Shown: piece after piece, positions 9,265 through 25,461 of the stretch
Layout: the number at the start of each line of letters is the position of its first letter
Numbering within the stretch: position 1 is the first letter of the stretch
Source: Arenicellales bacterium
Lineage (GTDB): Bacteria > Pseudomonadota > Gammaproteobacteria > Arenicellales > JAJDZL01
Length of the DNA: 64,000 bases
Assembly: GCA_965243305.1 (NCBI GenBank)
Contig: CBDEUN010000003.1
Span: 150,286-214,285 of the forward strand
Direction of reading: 5' to 3'
Position numbers and translations under genes: made by a program
Notes under the pieces: model-generated
Seen by the model: the letters and a program-made list of their open reading frames with translations, nothing else
The model's database searches: none
What the model was told of the DNA's origin: nothing

Positions 9265-9822
9265 GTGAGTGACAAATCTCAATTGGAACAAAGAATCGCG
9301 TCCTATCGACTATCTGACCCGATGATCATTCTGGTCGGCCCTATGGGTGCCGGTAAAACGACGGTTGGAAACCGTCTGGCAAAAAGACTGCACCTAAACT
9401 TTGTTGACATTGATCACCAAATAGAAAAGATTGCGGGTCAGTCAATTAAAAATATTTTTGAGCAGGAGGGCGAAAAAGGATTCAGAAAGCGTGAAACCGA
9501 GGCACTTGAGGCATACTGCTGTCTCAGCGGAACAGTCATATCGACTGGCGGTGGCGCAATTCTGTCAGAAACCAACCGACGAATGATGCGTAGTGGAATT
9601 GTCATATATCTTCATACAACACCAACCCAGCAATATCAACGCATCAGAAACCGTAAACACCGACCAAATTTTGATCCGGATAGACCCATTGAAAAACTCT
9701 CGGAATTGATGAAAATACGCGAACCCCTTTATCGTGCAGAGGCCGATTACGTAGTAACCTCTGATAATCAAACGGTAGATTCACTAACCAAGAAGATTGA
9801 GGAATACTTAGTCAATCAATGA
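9265..9822 (+). CDS. aroK: Shikimate kinase
   Basis: GPMGAGKTTVG, EGE.GFR.RE, STGGG. Confidence 0.95.
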   Translation: MSDKSQLEQRIASYRLSDPMIILVGPMGAGKTTVGNRLAKRLHLNFVDIDHQIEKIAGQSIKNIFEQEGEKGFRKRETEALEAYCCLSGTVISTGGGAILSETNRRMMRSGIVIYLHTTPTQQYQRIRNRKHRPNFDPDRPIEKLSELMKIREPLYRAEADYVVTSDNQTVDSLTKKIEEYLVNQ

Positions 9823-10913
9823 AGACAATCACTGTAAATCTCGATGATCGGAAGTACCCGATTTATATCGGTCGCGATCTGCTCCAAAATGTCGAGTTGT
9901 TTCAACCACATGTGAGCGGAAACCGGGTGGTGATCATCAGCAATGAAGTCGTTGCACCTTTATACGCAAATGCGATTTCCAAGACTATAAGCCAGTTTGC
10001 TCTTGTTGAAGAATACCATTTGCCCGATGGTGAGATTTACAAAAACTTGACTTCAGTCAGTCAGATTTTTGACCACATGCTATCAATTCCTTGTGATCGC
10101 AAGACAACGATCATTGCGCTTGGCGGTGGTGTTGTTGGAGACATTTCAGGATTTGCTGCTGCATGCTATCAGCGCGGCATACCCTATATTCATGTTCCAA
10201 CCACCCTACTCGCACAGGTCGATTCTTCAATTGGTGGGAAGACGGGGGTAAACCACCCGTTAGGGAAAAACATGATTGGGGCGATCTATCAGCCAAAATG
10301 CGTGATCGCAGATATTGATACCTTGAAGACGCTTCCAGAACGTGAACTCCTCGCTGGTCTTGCTGAAGTGATCAAATATGGCTTGATTCGAGATCCTGAG
10401 TTTTTCGATTGGCTGGAAGACAATGTCGACAGTTTGCTGTCGAGGAATTTAGATTCTCTTGCCTATGCGATTGAACGCTCCTGCGCAAACAAGGCAGAAG
10501 TTGTTGAACTTGATGAAAGAGAATCGGGACTGAGAGCGTTGCTTAATTTCGGACACACATTCGGCCATGCAATCGAAAATAAGCTGAACTACAAGAGCTG
10601 GCTACACGGTGAAGCCGTTGCTGCAGGAATGGTTATCGCGGCAGAATTTTCACGACGTTTGAACCTGATTGACTCGGAGCAGCAATCAAGAGTCGAACAA
10701 ATTATTCGTCGCTTCAAACTGCCGGTTCTACCACCAATTGGTATGACAGAGAGTGACTTTCTGGATGCCATGGCTGTCGATAAGAAAGTCGAAGCTGGAA
10801 AAATTCGGTTCATAGTTCTGGAAGAAATAGGAAAGGCAATCGTGATCGATGACTACCCAATGCCAGTTCTGAAGGAAATGCTCACTGATATTGTCAGACA
10901 AAACTCAAACTGA
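9819..10913 (+). CDS. aroB: 3-dehydroquinate synthase
   Basis: ALGGGVVGD, PTTLLAQVDSSIGGKT, LNFGHTFGHAIE. Confidence 0.97.
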   Translation: MKTITVNLDDRKYPIYIGRDLLQNVELFQPHVSGNRVVIISNEVVAPLYANAISKTISQFALVEEYHLPDGEIYKNLTSVSQIFDHMLSIPCDRKTTIIALGGGVVGDISGFAAACYQRGIPYIHVPTTLLAQVDSSIGGKTGVNHPLGKNMIGAIYQPKCVIADIDTLKTLPERELLAGLAEVIKYGLIRDPEFFDWLEDNVDSLLSRNLDSLAYAIERSCANKAEVVELDERESGLRALLNFGHTFGHAIENKLNYKSWLHGEAVAAGMVIAAEFSRRLNLIDSEQQSRVEQIIRRFKLPVLPPIGMTESDFLDAMAVDKKVEAGKIRFIVLEEIGKAIVIDDYPMPVLKEMLTDIVRQNSN

Positions 10914-11761
10914 TTCGATCACTTGAACTAGCAAAGTTATATTTTGCTTTAAGCCGATAAATTTTCACTGTAGAGTTATTGGCTCTATAGATATCGCTTT
11001 AACATTTTCACTATTTATGGTGTTTTCAACGAATGCTGAAAAACCTTGTTTCAGTGAAAAATCAACATCCGCGCTGTTTAAGCGGTTCGCGATTTGCTCC
11101 GCTACGTGACGAGCGTGCAGGTCGAATCCATCGAGTATGAGTGAAAAATAGGCCTGAGTATGACATAGACAGACTGTTTGCGTTGACCCACGGTAGCGGC
11201 GACTAGTCACCCATCATCGAGTTGAGGTCGAACTGAATACCGCTGCTGCGCTCAACTCAAGGATTGAGGCAGTAGTGGATGAACGGTTATCCTGTCAAGA
11301 TAGATTGTAGGAATTGGATTGTGAGCTGATAACAAAATGGGTGATGTCTGGGTTGAACTAAGATTACGTGGAAGCCGCAACTCAGATAGGAATCCGGCGC
11401 GTGAAAATCATCATGGCTCGGGGATGTTGAACTCAAATCCCCATTGACGAAACTGAATATAGACCGCACCCCAATTTACTCATCGTTTCGCAATCCCAAC
11501 TTGCAATTCGAGAGGATTCCATATAAAAATCGCTGATCTGTCAGAGTTGGAAGAGTACTCAAAAATTTTCTTCAGAATCAATACGACAAACCATGACGAA
11601 TTTTGAATTTAAGTATCGATATCGTCGTTTATTCTGGTATTCCCACGGTGTAGACTATTAAGAATGTTCGGTTGAATTCTTCTCAAGAATTGTAGACTTG
11701 AGACAAGAGCCATCAGTGGCAAAAAAAATTAAACAAAGCCAAGTATAGGGAGATTGGAACA

Positions 11762-13894
11762 GTGAAAGAAACTTACTATTGGGTTCCATGGTTCAGGGCG
11801 CTATCAAGAAAGATTGCGGAACTTGAGGATGGTCGTCGAAGTGAATTTTTGGATAAAGTAAAACAAATTGATTGGGACGATGGCGGAAAAGTCAAGGGTC
11901 ATGTTGAAAGATTGAAAGAAGATTTTGACCCTTTCACTCTCATTTATATGGTCGCCAACAAACATGGAACTAATAGCAGGGAGCAAGTATATAGAAGCAT
12001 TAGTGAAGTATTTGAATTACACCCGCCACTAGTAGAGAACAGCGTAGTTGAATACGTCACAGCAAATGATCTGATTTTTCCAATACCCTCTGCCCGTCGT
12101 CTTCGATTTATGGACGATAGACATCCAAATGAGCGCAATCCAAACGTACTATGGAGACTGTTCAAATCTGCTGTTGAAGGATTGAACCAGATCAATTCAA
12201 ATGACTTTTCGGAAGCGTTAAAGATTCCGGGCGTTGGAGTAACCAACTTTACACAAGCTCTCACTTTGATTAATGCGGAGCAATTTCTGTCTACAGACCC
12301 CAAATTAGTGTCACTAAAACTAGACGAATTCGCTCAAGTACCCACCACGAGATATCAAAGAGAAAACTTTTCCTTAGACATTTACATGGAAATATTGGTT
12401 TCAATCAGAGAGATTTTTCCGGATTGCGAATTGTATGAAATAGGGAGGTTTGCATATGAGCTGTTCAGTGACAGAGAAAATCAATTCCGAACCAATCTTT
12501 CGAAACACTTTCAAGTTAGCACCAACGTACTGAATGACGGCAAGGATGAATGGACAACTTTCAAAAAAAACAACTGTGTATTTACGGGTGGTGAGTATTC
12601 AAAACTCTTTGAAGCAGACAGAGGCAGCTTAGTGGTTGTAAGAAATGGAGAATACAATTTCTACGGGATTGGCGTAGTCATTGAGAACGAATACCTGGAA
12701 TCGGAAGAATGGGATGAAGATAGGAAAATTCATGTAATTTGGGTTAACAAACACAAAGGCACGCTTGCGGAACGCTCAGGATTGCAATCTGGATTTACAC
12801 GTGTGTGGAATTTAGACAAAATCAAAACATTAGAGCCTTATCGCCGGACAATTGAACAGTTAGAAAAGTTGATTCCTCCACCCCTTCCACCCCCTCCTCA
12901 ACCTAGAAACCAGATTCTTTACGGTCCACCTGGAACTGGCAAGACATGGCATACCGTCAATCTGTCGCTTGCGATTGTGCTTGAAAAGAATATTGAAAAA
13001 GTCAATGACGAAGACCGCAAGCAATTTGATGAATTTCTGTTCAATGTGAGCGATGACGGTGCTGATGATAGCGGGCCAATCGCATTCACAACGTTTCACC
13101 AAAATTACGCTTATGAGGACTTCATCGAAGGTATACGTCCAACAGTAGAAGGCGTTGAGGTTCGCTATGAGATTCGCGACGGCATCTTCAAAAGACTGGC
13201 AGATGCGGCGAGGGACAATCCTGATAAGCCTTACGTGTTGATCATTGACGAAATCAACCGAGGCAACATCGCCAAGATTTTCGGTGAGCTGATCACTCTT
13301 ATCGAAGACTCCAAGCGTCTCGGTGAATCTGACGAAAAAACGGCGATACTCCCTTACTCGCAAAACTCCTTTGGCGTACCACCGAACCTGTACATCATCG
13401 GCACGATGAACACGGCCGATCGTTCGATTCAGATTTTGGACACTGCGCTGCGCCGCAGATTCACATTTTTGGAAATGATGCCGAATACGTCGCACGAAAA
13501 AATCCCAACCGATATCGAAGGAGTCAATTGTCAAGAAATCCTGGAATGCATGAACCGGCGTATTTTCGCTTTGCTGGACCGCGAGCGTCAAATAGGGCAT
13601 ACCTATTTCTTTGATGTGGCAAGTGTTGATCAATTGGCTGAAGTGTTTCAGAATCGAGTCATTCCCCTGCTGCAAGAATACTTTTTCGATGACTGGTCGA
13701 AAATCAAGGCGGTTCTGGGAAACAACGCATTTGTGCGGGACAGAGCCATAGATGACCGAAATCTCGCTGAGTATCGCGACAGTACCGACAAGTATTACGA
13801 ACGGCTTCCAGCTGATGACTACAGATGGAATGAGTCTGAGGAATACAGAAAAATTTACCAGAATTGGAAAGTCCATCAAATCAGTGAACATTGA
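11762..13894 (+). CDS. mcrB: McrB-family AAA+ GTPase, paralogue 1 (long N-terminal region)
   Basis: GPPGTGKT, IIDEINRG, McrB signature MNTADRS; about 375-aa N-terminal region ending in a Pro-rich linker. Confidence 0.9.
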   Translation: MKETYYWVPWFRALSRKIAELEDGRRSEFLDKVKQIDWDDGGKVKGHVERLKEDFDPFTLIYMVANKHGTNSREQVYRSISEVFELHPPLVENSVVEYVTANDLIFPIPSARRLRFMDDRHPNERNPNVLWRLFKSAVEGLNQINSNDFSEALKIPGVGVTNFTQALTLINAEQFLSTDPKLVSLKLDEFAQVPTTRYQRENFSLDIYMEILVSIREIFPDCELYEIGRFAYELFSDRENQFRTNLSKHFQVSTNVLNDGKDEWTTFKKNNCVFTGGEYSKLFEADRGSLVVVRNGEYNFYGIGVVIENEYLESEEWDEDRKIHVIWVNKHKGTLAERSGLQSGFTRVWNLDKIKTLEPYRRTIEQLEKLIPPPLPPPPQPRNQILYGPPGTGKTWHTVNLSLAIVLEKNIEKVNDEDRKQFDEFLFNVSDDGADDSGPIAFTTFHQNYAYEDFIEGIRPTVEGVEVRYEIRDGIFKRLADAARDNPDKPYVLIIDEINRGNIAKIFGELITLIEDSKRLGESDEKTAILPYSQNSFGVPPNLYIIGTMNTADRSIQILDTALRRRFTFLEMMPNTSHEKIPTDIEGVNCQEILECMNRRIFALLDRERQIGHTYFFDVASVDQLAEVFQNRVIPLLQEYFFDDWSKIKAVLGNNAFVRDRAIDDRNLAEYRDSTDKYYERLPADDYRWNESEEYRKIYQNWKVHQISEH
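12908..13830 (+). repeat. 923-bp imperfect direct repeat (GTPase domain), copy 1
   Basis: Colinear with 14332-15254, with long identical stretches. Confidence 0.9.
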
Positions 13895-13992
13895 TTTGAA
13901 CAGGATTGACGACATTCAACGTGGACTGTTGCCGAGTTTACCAGCGTTACCTATTCCAGCAATTGCCCAAAATTTAAACTGCATTTGAATCC

Positions 13993-15318
13993 ATGGAACA
14001 AAAGCATAAACTGCAGAATTTGAGTGATCCAAATGCGGTGCTCAAAGCTATAGACGAATGGAATGAAATTGGAGAATCTGAATTTCTAAAAATATTTGGC
14101 TTTGAACAGTCGACAAAATTTGATCTCGTATATAGAGGGAAGAGATATCCACCCAAAGCTATTGCTGGTGCAGCTTATTTTCACCAATTTGGCGTTAAGT
14201 TTAGAGGGTTTAATGGGGGTAGACCGACGAATGGCAAACTAGAAGAATTGGGATTCACTATAGAGAAAAAAGGTAGTGAAACTCATACTCTAGAACCTGA
14301 TTTTTCAGCTAGCAATACAATTCACCCAAAGAACCAGATTCTTTACGGTCCGCCCGGAACTGGCAAGACATGGCACACCGTCAAACTGTCGCTTGCAATT
14401 GTGCTTGAGAAAAAGACTGAAGATGTCAATGATGAAGACCGAGAGGAATTCAATGACCATCAATTCAATATCGGTGATAGCAGTTCTGGTAGCAATGGGC
14501 AAATCGCATTCACAACGTTCCACCAGAATTACGCCTATGAAGATTTCATCGAAGGAATACGCCCAACGGTGAAAGGCAGTGAAGTTCGCTATGAGATACG
14601 CGACGGTGTTTTCAAACAGTTGGCAGATGCAGCGAAAGACGACCCAGATAGGTCTTATGTTCTGATCATTGACGAAATCAATCGAGGCAACATCGCTAAG
14701 ATTTTCGGTGAACTGATTACTCTGATTGAAGACTCCAAGCGTCTCGGTGAGTCTGACGAGAAAACAGCGATTCTCCCTTACTCGCAAAACTCCTTTGGTG
14801 TGCCGCCGAACCTGTACATCATCGGCACGATGAACACGGCCGATCGTTCAATTCAGATTCTGGATACTGCGCTGCGGCGGAGATTCGCGTTTGTGGAAAT
14901 GATGCCCAAAACGTCCCACGAAAATATTTCAACCGATATCGAAGGAATCAATTGCCAGCAAATCCTGGAATGCATGAACCGGCGTATTTTCGCTTTGTTG
15001 GATCGCGAGCGTCAAATAGGGCATACCTATTTCTTTGATGTCAAGACTGTTGATCAATTGGCTGAAGTGTTTCAGAATCGAGTCATTCCCCTGCTGCAAG
15101 AATACTTTTTTGCTGACTGGTCCAAGATCAAAGCGGTTCTGGGAGACAATGCATTTGTCCAGGAAAGAGCCATAGATGACCGAAATCTCGCTGAGTATCG
15201 CGACAGTGCCGACAAGCATTACGAACGTCTTCCAGCTGATGACAACAGATGGAAGAAGCCTGAGCAATATAAAAATATCTATCGTGTGAGTGAGGTAAAG
15301 GAACCCGACTTAGAATGA
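13993..15318 (+). CDS. mcrB: McrB-family AAA+ GTPase, paralogue 2 (short N-terminal domain resembling the ScoMcrA head domain)
   Basis: Same GTPase motifs; N-terminus AVLKAIDEW..IGESEFL..FGF...YPPKAIAGAA...F.GG......L..LGF. Confidence 0.9.
   Translation: MEQKHKLQNLSDPNAVLKAIDEWNEIGESEFLKIFGFEQSTKFDLVYRGKRYPPKAIAGAAYFHQFGVKFRGFNGGRPTNGKLEELGFTIEKKGSETHTLEPDFSASNTIHPKNQILYGPPGTGKTWHTVKLSLAIVLEKKTEDVNDEDREEFNDHQFNIGDSSSGSNGQIAFTTFHQNYAYEDFIEGIRPTVKGSEVRYEIRDGVFKQLADAAKDDPDRSYVLIIDEINRGNIAKIFGELITLIEDSKRLGESDEKTAILPYSQNSFGVPPNLYIIGTMNTADRSIQILDTALRRRFAFVEMMPKTSHENISTDIEGINCQQILECMNRRIFALLDRERQIGHTYFFDVKTVDQLAEVFQNRVIPLLQEYFFADWSKIKAVLGDNAFVQERAIDDRNLAEYRDSADKHYERLPADDNRWKKPEQYKNIYRVSEVKEPDLE
14332..15254 (+). 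repeat. 923-bp imperfect direct repeat (GTPase domain), copy 2
   Basis: Colinear with 12908-13830. Confidence 0.9.
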
Positions 15319-16568
15319 ACAAAGTAGTTACTGTCAAAGAATACGAGCGCATTCAACCAGGATCGCAATTACAACAATCTGACATTGATGAGCTGAAAGA
15401 TTGGGGTGGTCATGCATTTTCTATTTGGGATGGTCACTTGAAGGCGACCAACTACGTCGGGATATACACAACAAGAAGCGGAGCAGTAATTGAAATCCTT
15501 CCCAAATTTGATCTCGGTGTTGAGCCAGAAGATCAGAATAAAGAGACTCGGGAAATTTTTCTGTCCATGTTGAGACATTGGCGCGGTAAGGGGTTCAGAC
15601 AATTGTCCGACAGTCAGATTCGATCGCTACGTAATTTTCCAATGCTTGAAGCGTTCGTCTATCTGTTTTTGGCTAATGTTCAGGAACTGGTGCATCGAGG
15701 ACTTGCCAGGCAATATGTTCAAATGGAAGAAAACCTGACCTACTTGCGAGGGCGTTTGCTTTTTGCTGAGCACATCAAGGAAAACTTGGTTGACCGGTCA
15801 AAATTTTTTGTGTCTCACGATGAGTTCAGTGAAAATCGACCGGCGAATCGACTGATTCGAACAGTCCTTGAACTCTTGACTTCTCTAGTTTCAGATTCCA
15901 CAAATTACCAAAGCTTACAACAGGTAAAGATTGCCTTTACTGACATACCCGCTTCAAAAAACATACACGCAGATTGGCAGAACCACAATATTGACCGAAA
16001 CATGCAAAACTACGAAAGTGTAATGCGGTGGGTTAAGTTGTTCCTATTTCGTGAAGGTCTGACCACTTATTCAGGCACACATGAAAATGTGTCATTGATG
16101 TTTCCTATGGAAGAGGTGTTTGAAGATTTTGTTACGTACAGCTTCAGGCGATACCAGCACAAATATCGTGTGCACCCGCAAGGACCGAAGAAACATCTCG
16201 TAACAAAAGACAAAAAACCAGCTTTCCAAATGAAACCTGATATCTCATTAATGTCAGGAAAGACGGTTCGTTTCATATTGGATGCCAAATGGAAAAAAGT
16301 CGATACGGGATCCGACGGTCAAAAACACAACATTGATCAGCATGATATGTATCAACTCTTTGCATATGGTAAGAGTTATCGATGCAAGGCAGTCGCATTA
16401 GTATTCCCGCAAACTAACCAATTCAATGAGCCATTCAAATACAAATTTGCTGACCAAGAATTGATTCTGATATGTTTGCCCTTTGACGTCGAGAATCCAG
16501 AAGTGAGTGTCAGCAAGTGTATGACTGAGATAGAAAAATATTGGACTGTAACTACTCTCCCTCCCTGA
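15315..16568 (+). CDS. mcrC: McrC-family PD-(D/E)XK nuclease subunit
   Basis: NYVG...IEILPK, FEDFV, KPDI...ILDAKWK, DMYQLFAY; ATGA overlap with mcrB2. Confidence 0.92.
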   Translation: MNKVVTVKEYERIQPGSQLQQSDIDELKDWGGHAFSIWDGHLKATNYVGIYTTRSGAVIEILPKFDLGVEPEDQNKETREIFLSMLRHWRGKGFRQLSDSQIRSLRNFPMLEAFVYLFLANVQELVHRGLARQYVQMEENLTYLRGRLLFAEHIKENLVDRSKFFVSHDEFSENRPANRLIRTVLELLTSLVSDSTNYQSLQQVKIAFTDIPASKNIHADWQNHNIDRNMQNYESVMRWVKLFLFREGLTTYSGTHENVSLMFPMEEVFEDFVTYSFRRYQHKYRVHPQGPKKHLVTKDKKPAFQMKPDISLMSGKTVRFILDAKWKKVDTGSDGQKHNIDQHDMYQLFAYGKSYRCKAVALVFPQTNQFNEPFKYKFADQELILICLPFDVENPEVSVSKCMTEIEKYWTVTTLPP

Positions 16569-16763
16569 CTGGTGGGCGAGTTGCAAAATGATTTGTATGA
16601 TTAACCATAAGCGCCAAATTTGACAAAACCCGCCATTTATTGATTCAAACTCTGATCAAATGCAGCCGAAAATCGCTGATTTTCGTTACTCTGTCGTAAA
16701 ATTTAGTCGGCAGCATTGTACTAACGCCAGACTCACCGCTCGCGTAAGCGCTTAACCAAACAG

Positions 16764-22729
<5,966 letters not shown>

Positions 22730-22742
22730 CGATCATCGGACG

Positions 22743-23471
22743 ATGAACAGCACCGCTATCAGCGAAAGACTCATTGTCGCGCTTGATGTTCCCACAGGCA
22801 GACAGGCACTCGAACTCGTTGCCGAGTTAGAAGACAGCGTGAGATTCTTCAAAGTCGGGTTGGAGTTGATTGCAAGTGGCGATGGACTGAAGGTAATCGA
22901 CCGACTGGCAGACATGGGGCATCATGTATTCGCCGATTTTAAGTTGCTAGACATCCCTCAGACTGTCTACCGCTCAGTCAACAATCTGAATCGACGAGGA
23001 ATTCGGTTTTTGACGGTCCATGCAGACCCTCAGACCATGCAGGCAGCAGCTAAAGCCGCCAATGGCATTTCGATTCTAGCAGTAACTGTACTGACGAGTT
23101 TGAATGACAAAACGCTTCAAATGACTGGGATAACAATGAGCACCGCCGAACTGGTTAAGATGCGTGCAAAGCAAGCACAGAAAGCTGGATGTGCTGGGGT
23201 CATTTCCTCACCGAGAGAAGCTCAATTAATCCGAGAAAACCTGGGCCAAGATTTTTTGATCGTTACACCGGGAATTCGAAATAGCAAGTCCTCAGATGAT
23301 CAGGAACGCACAATGGGCATTAATCAAGCACTGGAAGCTGGTTCAGATTTTGTTGTTGTTGGCCGGCCAATTCGTGATGCTGAGTGTCCCAAACAGACGG
23401 CTCTCGAATTTCAAGCGGCGATTTTTGATTTTGAACAATCCCGTCAAGCCGTCGCAGATGTCTCAACCTGA
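22743..23471 (+). CDS. pyrF: Orotidine-5'-phosphate decarboxylase
   Basis: LIVALD, KVGLEL, DFKLLDIPQT, VTPGIR, VVGRPI; start ATG 22743. Confidence 0.95.
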   Translation: MNSTAISERLIVALDVPTGRQALELVAELEDSVRFFKVGLELIASGDGLKVIDRLADMGHHVFADFKLLDIPQTVYRSVNNLNRRGIRFLTVHADPQTMQAAAKAANGISILAVTVLTSLNDKTLQMTGITMSTAELVKMRAKQAQKAGCAGVISSPREAQLIRENLGQDFLIVTPGIRNSKSSDDQERTMGINQALEAGSDFVVVGRPIRDAECPKQTALEFQAAIFDFEQSRQAVADVST

Positions 23472-24528
23472 TCACATGCGACTGGCTGATAGCCGATTTA
23501 TGCGTGCACTGCGCAGGCAGGATGTTGATCGAACTCCAGTGTGGATCATGAGGCAGGCAGGTCGTTATCTGCCAGAATATCGTGCAACAAGATCTCGTGC
23601 CGGTGATTTTCTCACTCTTTGTCGTACGCCTGAGTTGGCTTGTGAGGTGACGCTTCAACCTCTGCGACGCTACCCTCTGGACGCTGCGATCATATTTTCT
23701 GACATACTCGTAATTCCTGATGCCATGGGTCTGGGTTTGTCATTGGTCGAGTCAGTAGGTCCAGTATTTGACAATCCAATAACCTCTGTCAATCAGATTG
23801 GAAAGCTCGGGATTCCGGACCCCGAAGATGATTTGGGTTATGTATTGGAAGCGGTACGTACGACTCGACGAAACCTGGATCAGTCCATTCCGCTGATCGG
23901 TTTCGCTGGCAGTCCCTGGACACTGGCAGTCTACATGATTGAAGGTCGATCAAAAACTGATTTCAGCAAGGTGAAAGCGTTTGCCAGGGAAAATCCGTCC
24001 GCCATTCATTCGCTGCTGGATATCCTTTCCCGCTCCGTAAGCGCCTATCTCATGGCCAAGGCTCAAGCGGGAGCCTCAGTGCTTATGATTTTTGATACCT
24101 GGGGTGGAATCCTGAATACAGATGACTACGAGAATTTATCGTTGCGATACATGGCGGATATTGTGCACCGCATCAAAGATCACAGAGCCGATGTTCCCGT
24201 CATTCTATTTACCAAAGATGGTGGGTATTGGGTGCAAAGCATCGCTGAAACTGGTTGCGATGCGATTGGGCTCGATTGGACTGTCAACATCGGTGACATA
24301 AGGCAACTGGTTGGTTCCAAGGTTGCGCTGCAAGGGAATCTCGATCCGGATACACTCAGGTTAAACGACGAGGAGATTGAACAGGGAGTGGAAAGCGTTC
24401 TGCGATCGTTTGGCAAAGGGAACGGTCACATCTTTAACCTAGGACACGGCATCAAACCTGATATTGACCCGGACAAGGTCACTGTGATGGTTGATGCAGT
24501 TCACCGACTCAGTCAAGCCTATCATTGA
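23458..24528 (+). CDS. hemE: Uroporphyrinogen decarboxylase
   Basis: PVWIMRQAGRYLPEY, FSDIL, LQGNLDP, IFNLGHG. Confidence 0.97.
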   Translation: MSQPDHMRLADSRFMRALRRQDVDRTPVWIMRQAGRYLPEYRATRSRAGDFLTLCRTPELACEVTLQPLRRYPLDAAIIFSDILVIPDAMGLGLSLVESVGPVFDNPITSVNQIGKLGIPDPEDDLGYVLEAVRTTRRNLDQSIPLIGFAGSPWTLAVYMIEGRSKTDFSKVKAFARENPSAIHSLLDILSRSVSAYLMAKAQAGASVLMIFDTWGGILNTDDYENLSLRYMADIVHRIKDHRADVPVILFTKDGGYWVQSIAETGCDAIGLDWTVNIGDIRQLVGSKVALQGNLDPDTLRLNDEEIEQGVESVLRSFGKGNGHIFNLGHGIKPDIDPDKVTVMVDAVHRLSQAYH

Positions 24529-24534
24529 GACCAA

Positions 24535-25437
24535 TCACTTCCGAAGTCTATATTCACTGTACAGATCTGGTTCCCCATTGCACAACACCCTTCCTTCCTC
24601 CCACAATTTAATCAGGGTGGCAAACAGGGAACGAGAGGCGGCAGGATAAAGAGACTGGATGATTTCCTGATAGACATCCGTTACCAGTTCTTGAATTGTC
24701 GTGTTACCGGTCTTCAGACTTCGAATCACTTCTCGCTCTCGCTCGTATCGATGCTCGATGCATGCGCTTACATAGCGGTGTGGATTGTTGATCGCGGGAC
24801 CGTGCGTGGGGTAGTAAATTTCATCGTCGGTAAGAAGCAGCTTATTGAGGCTTTCCAGGTAAGCCTTCATGGAACCGTCAGGCGGGATGATGACTGAAGT
24901 CGACCATCCCATTACGTGGTCTCCACTGAAAAGTGCACGCTCTTCAGTGAGTCTGTAGCAGATATGATTTGACATATGTCCGGGTGTGTGAACGCACTCC
25001 AGGGTCCATCCGTCACCCTCAACTACATCTCCATCTGAGACTTCCACAGTTGGAGTAAAACCGTGGTCAAATTCTTCCTCAAACTGCTGATCATCGCTAT
25101 CATCAATGAGTTTCAATGATCGGCCGTATATTGGAGCTCCGCAAATTTGCTGCAGAGGTTTGGCCGCGGATGAATGGTCGCTATGAGTATGCGTAACGAC
25201 AATGTGTGAAATGACTTCATCGCTCAAAGCATCAACAATGGCGGTAATGTGCTGACCCAGGTTGGGGCCCGGGTCAATGACTGCGACGTTTCCGCGGCCT
25301 ACGATATACGTGCCGGTGCCCTTGTAAGTAAACAGACTTGGATTAGGCGCAACTATTCGTCGAATAAGTGGAGATACATCCTCCAGTTCCCCATAAACGA
25401 CCTCGTCCTCGAACTGAAATGGAATATGAACTTCCAA
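24535..25437 (-). CDS. MBL-fold metallo-hydrolase
   Basis: THTHSDH, HTPGH, FSGDH motifs. Confidence 0.88.
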   Translation of the reverse strand: MEVHIPFQFEDEVVYGELEDVSPLIRRIVAPNPSLFTYKGTGTYIVGRGNVAVIDPGPNLGQHITAIVDALSDEVISHIVVTHTHSDHSSAAKPLQQICGAPIYGRSLKLIDDSDDQQFEEEFDHGFTPTVEVSDGDVVEGDGWTLECVHTPGHMSNHICYRLTEERALFSGDHVMGWSTSVIIPPDGSMKAYLESLNKLLLTDDEIYYPTHGPAINNPHRYVSACIEHRYEREREVIRSLKTGNTTIQELVTDVYQEIIQSLYPAASRSLFATLIKLWEEGRVLCNGEPDLYSEYRLRK

Positions 25438-25461
25438 GGGAGCGCAATATTTTGGAATTGA

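Noticed and set aside
12860-13915. 351-aa ORF antisense to mcrB1
   Set aside because: Shadow ORF; the equivalent frame in the mcrB2 duplicate is broken by stops
13993-14331. Phosphorothioate sulfur-binding domain in McrB2
   Set aside because: The motifs resemble the ScoMcrA head domain, not its sulfur-binding domain, so no modification specificity can be claimed
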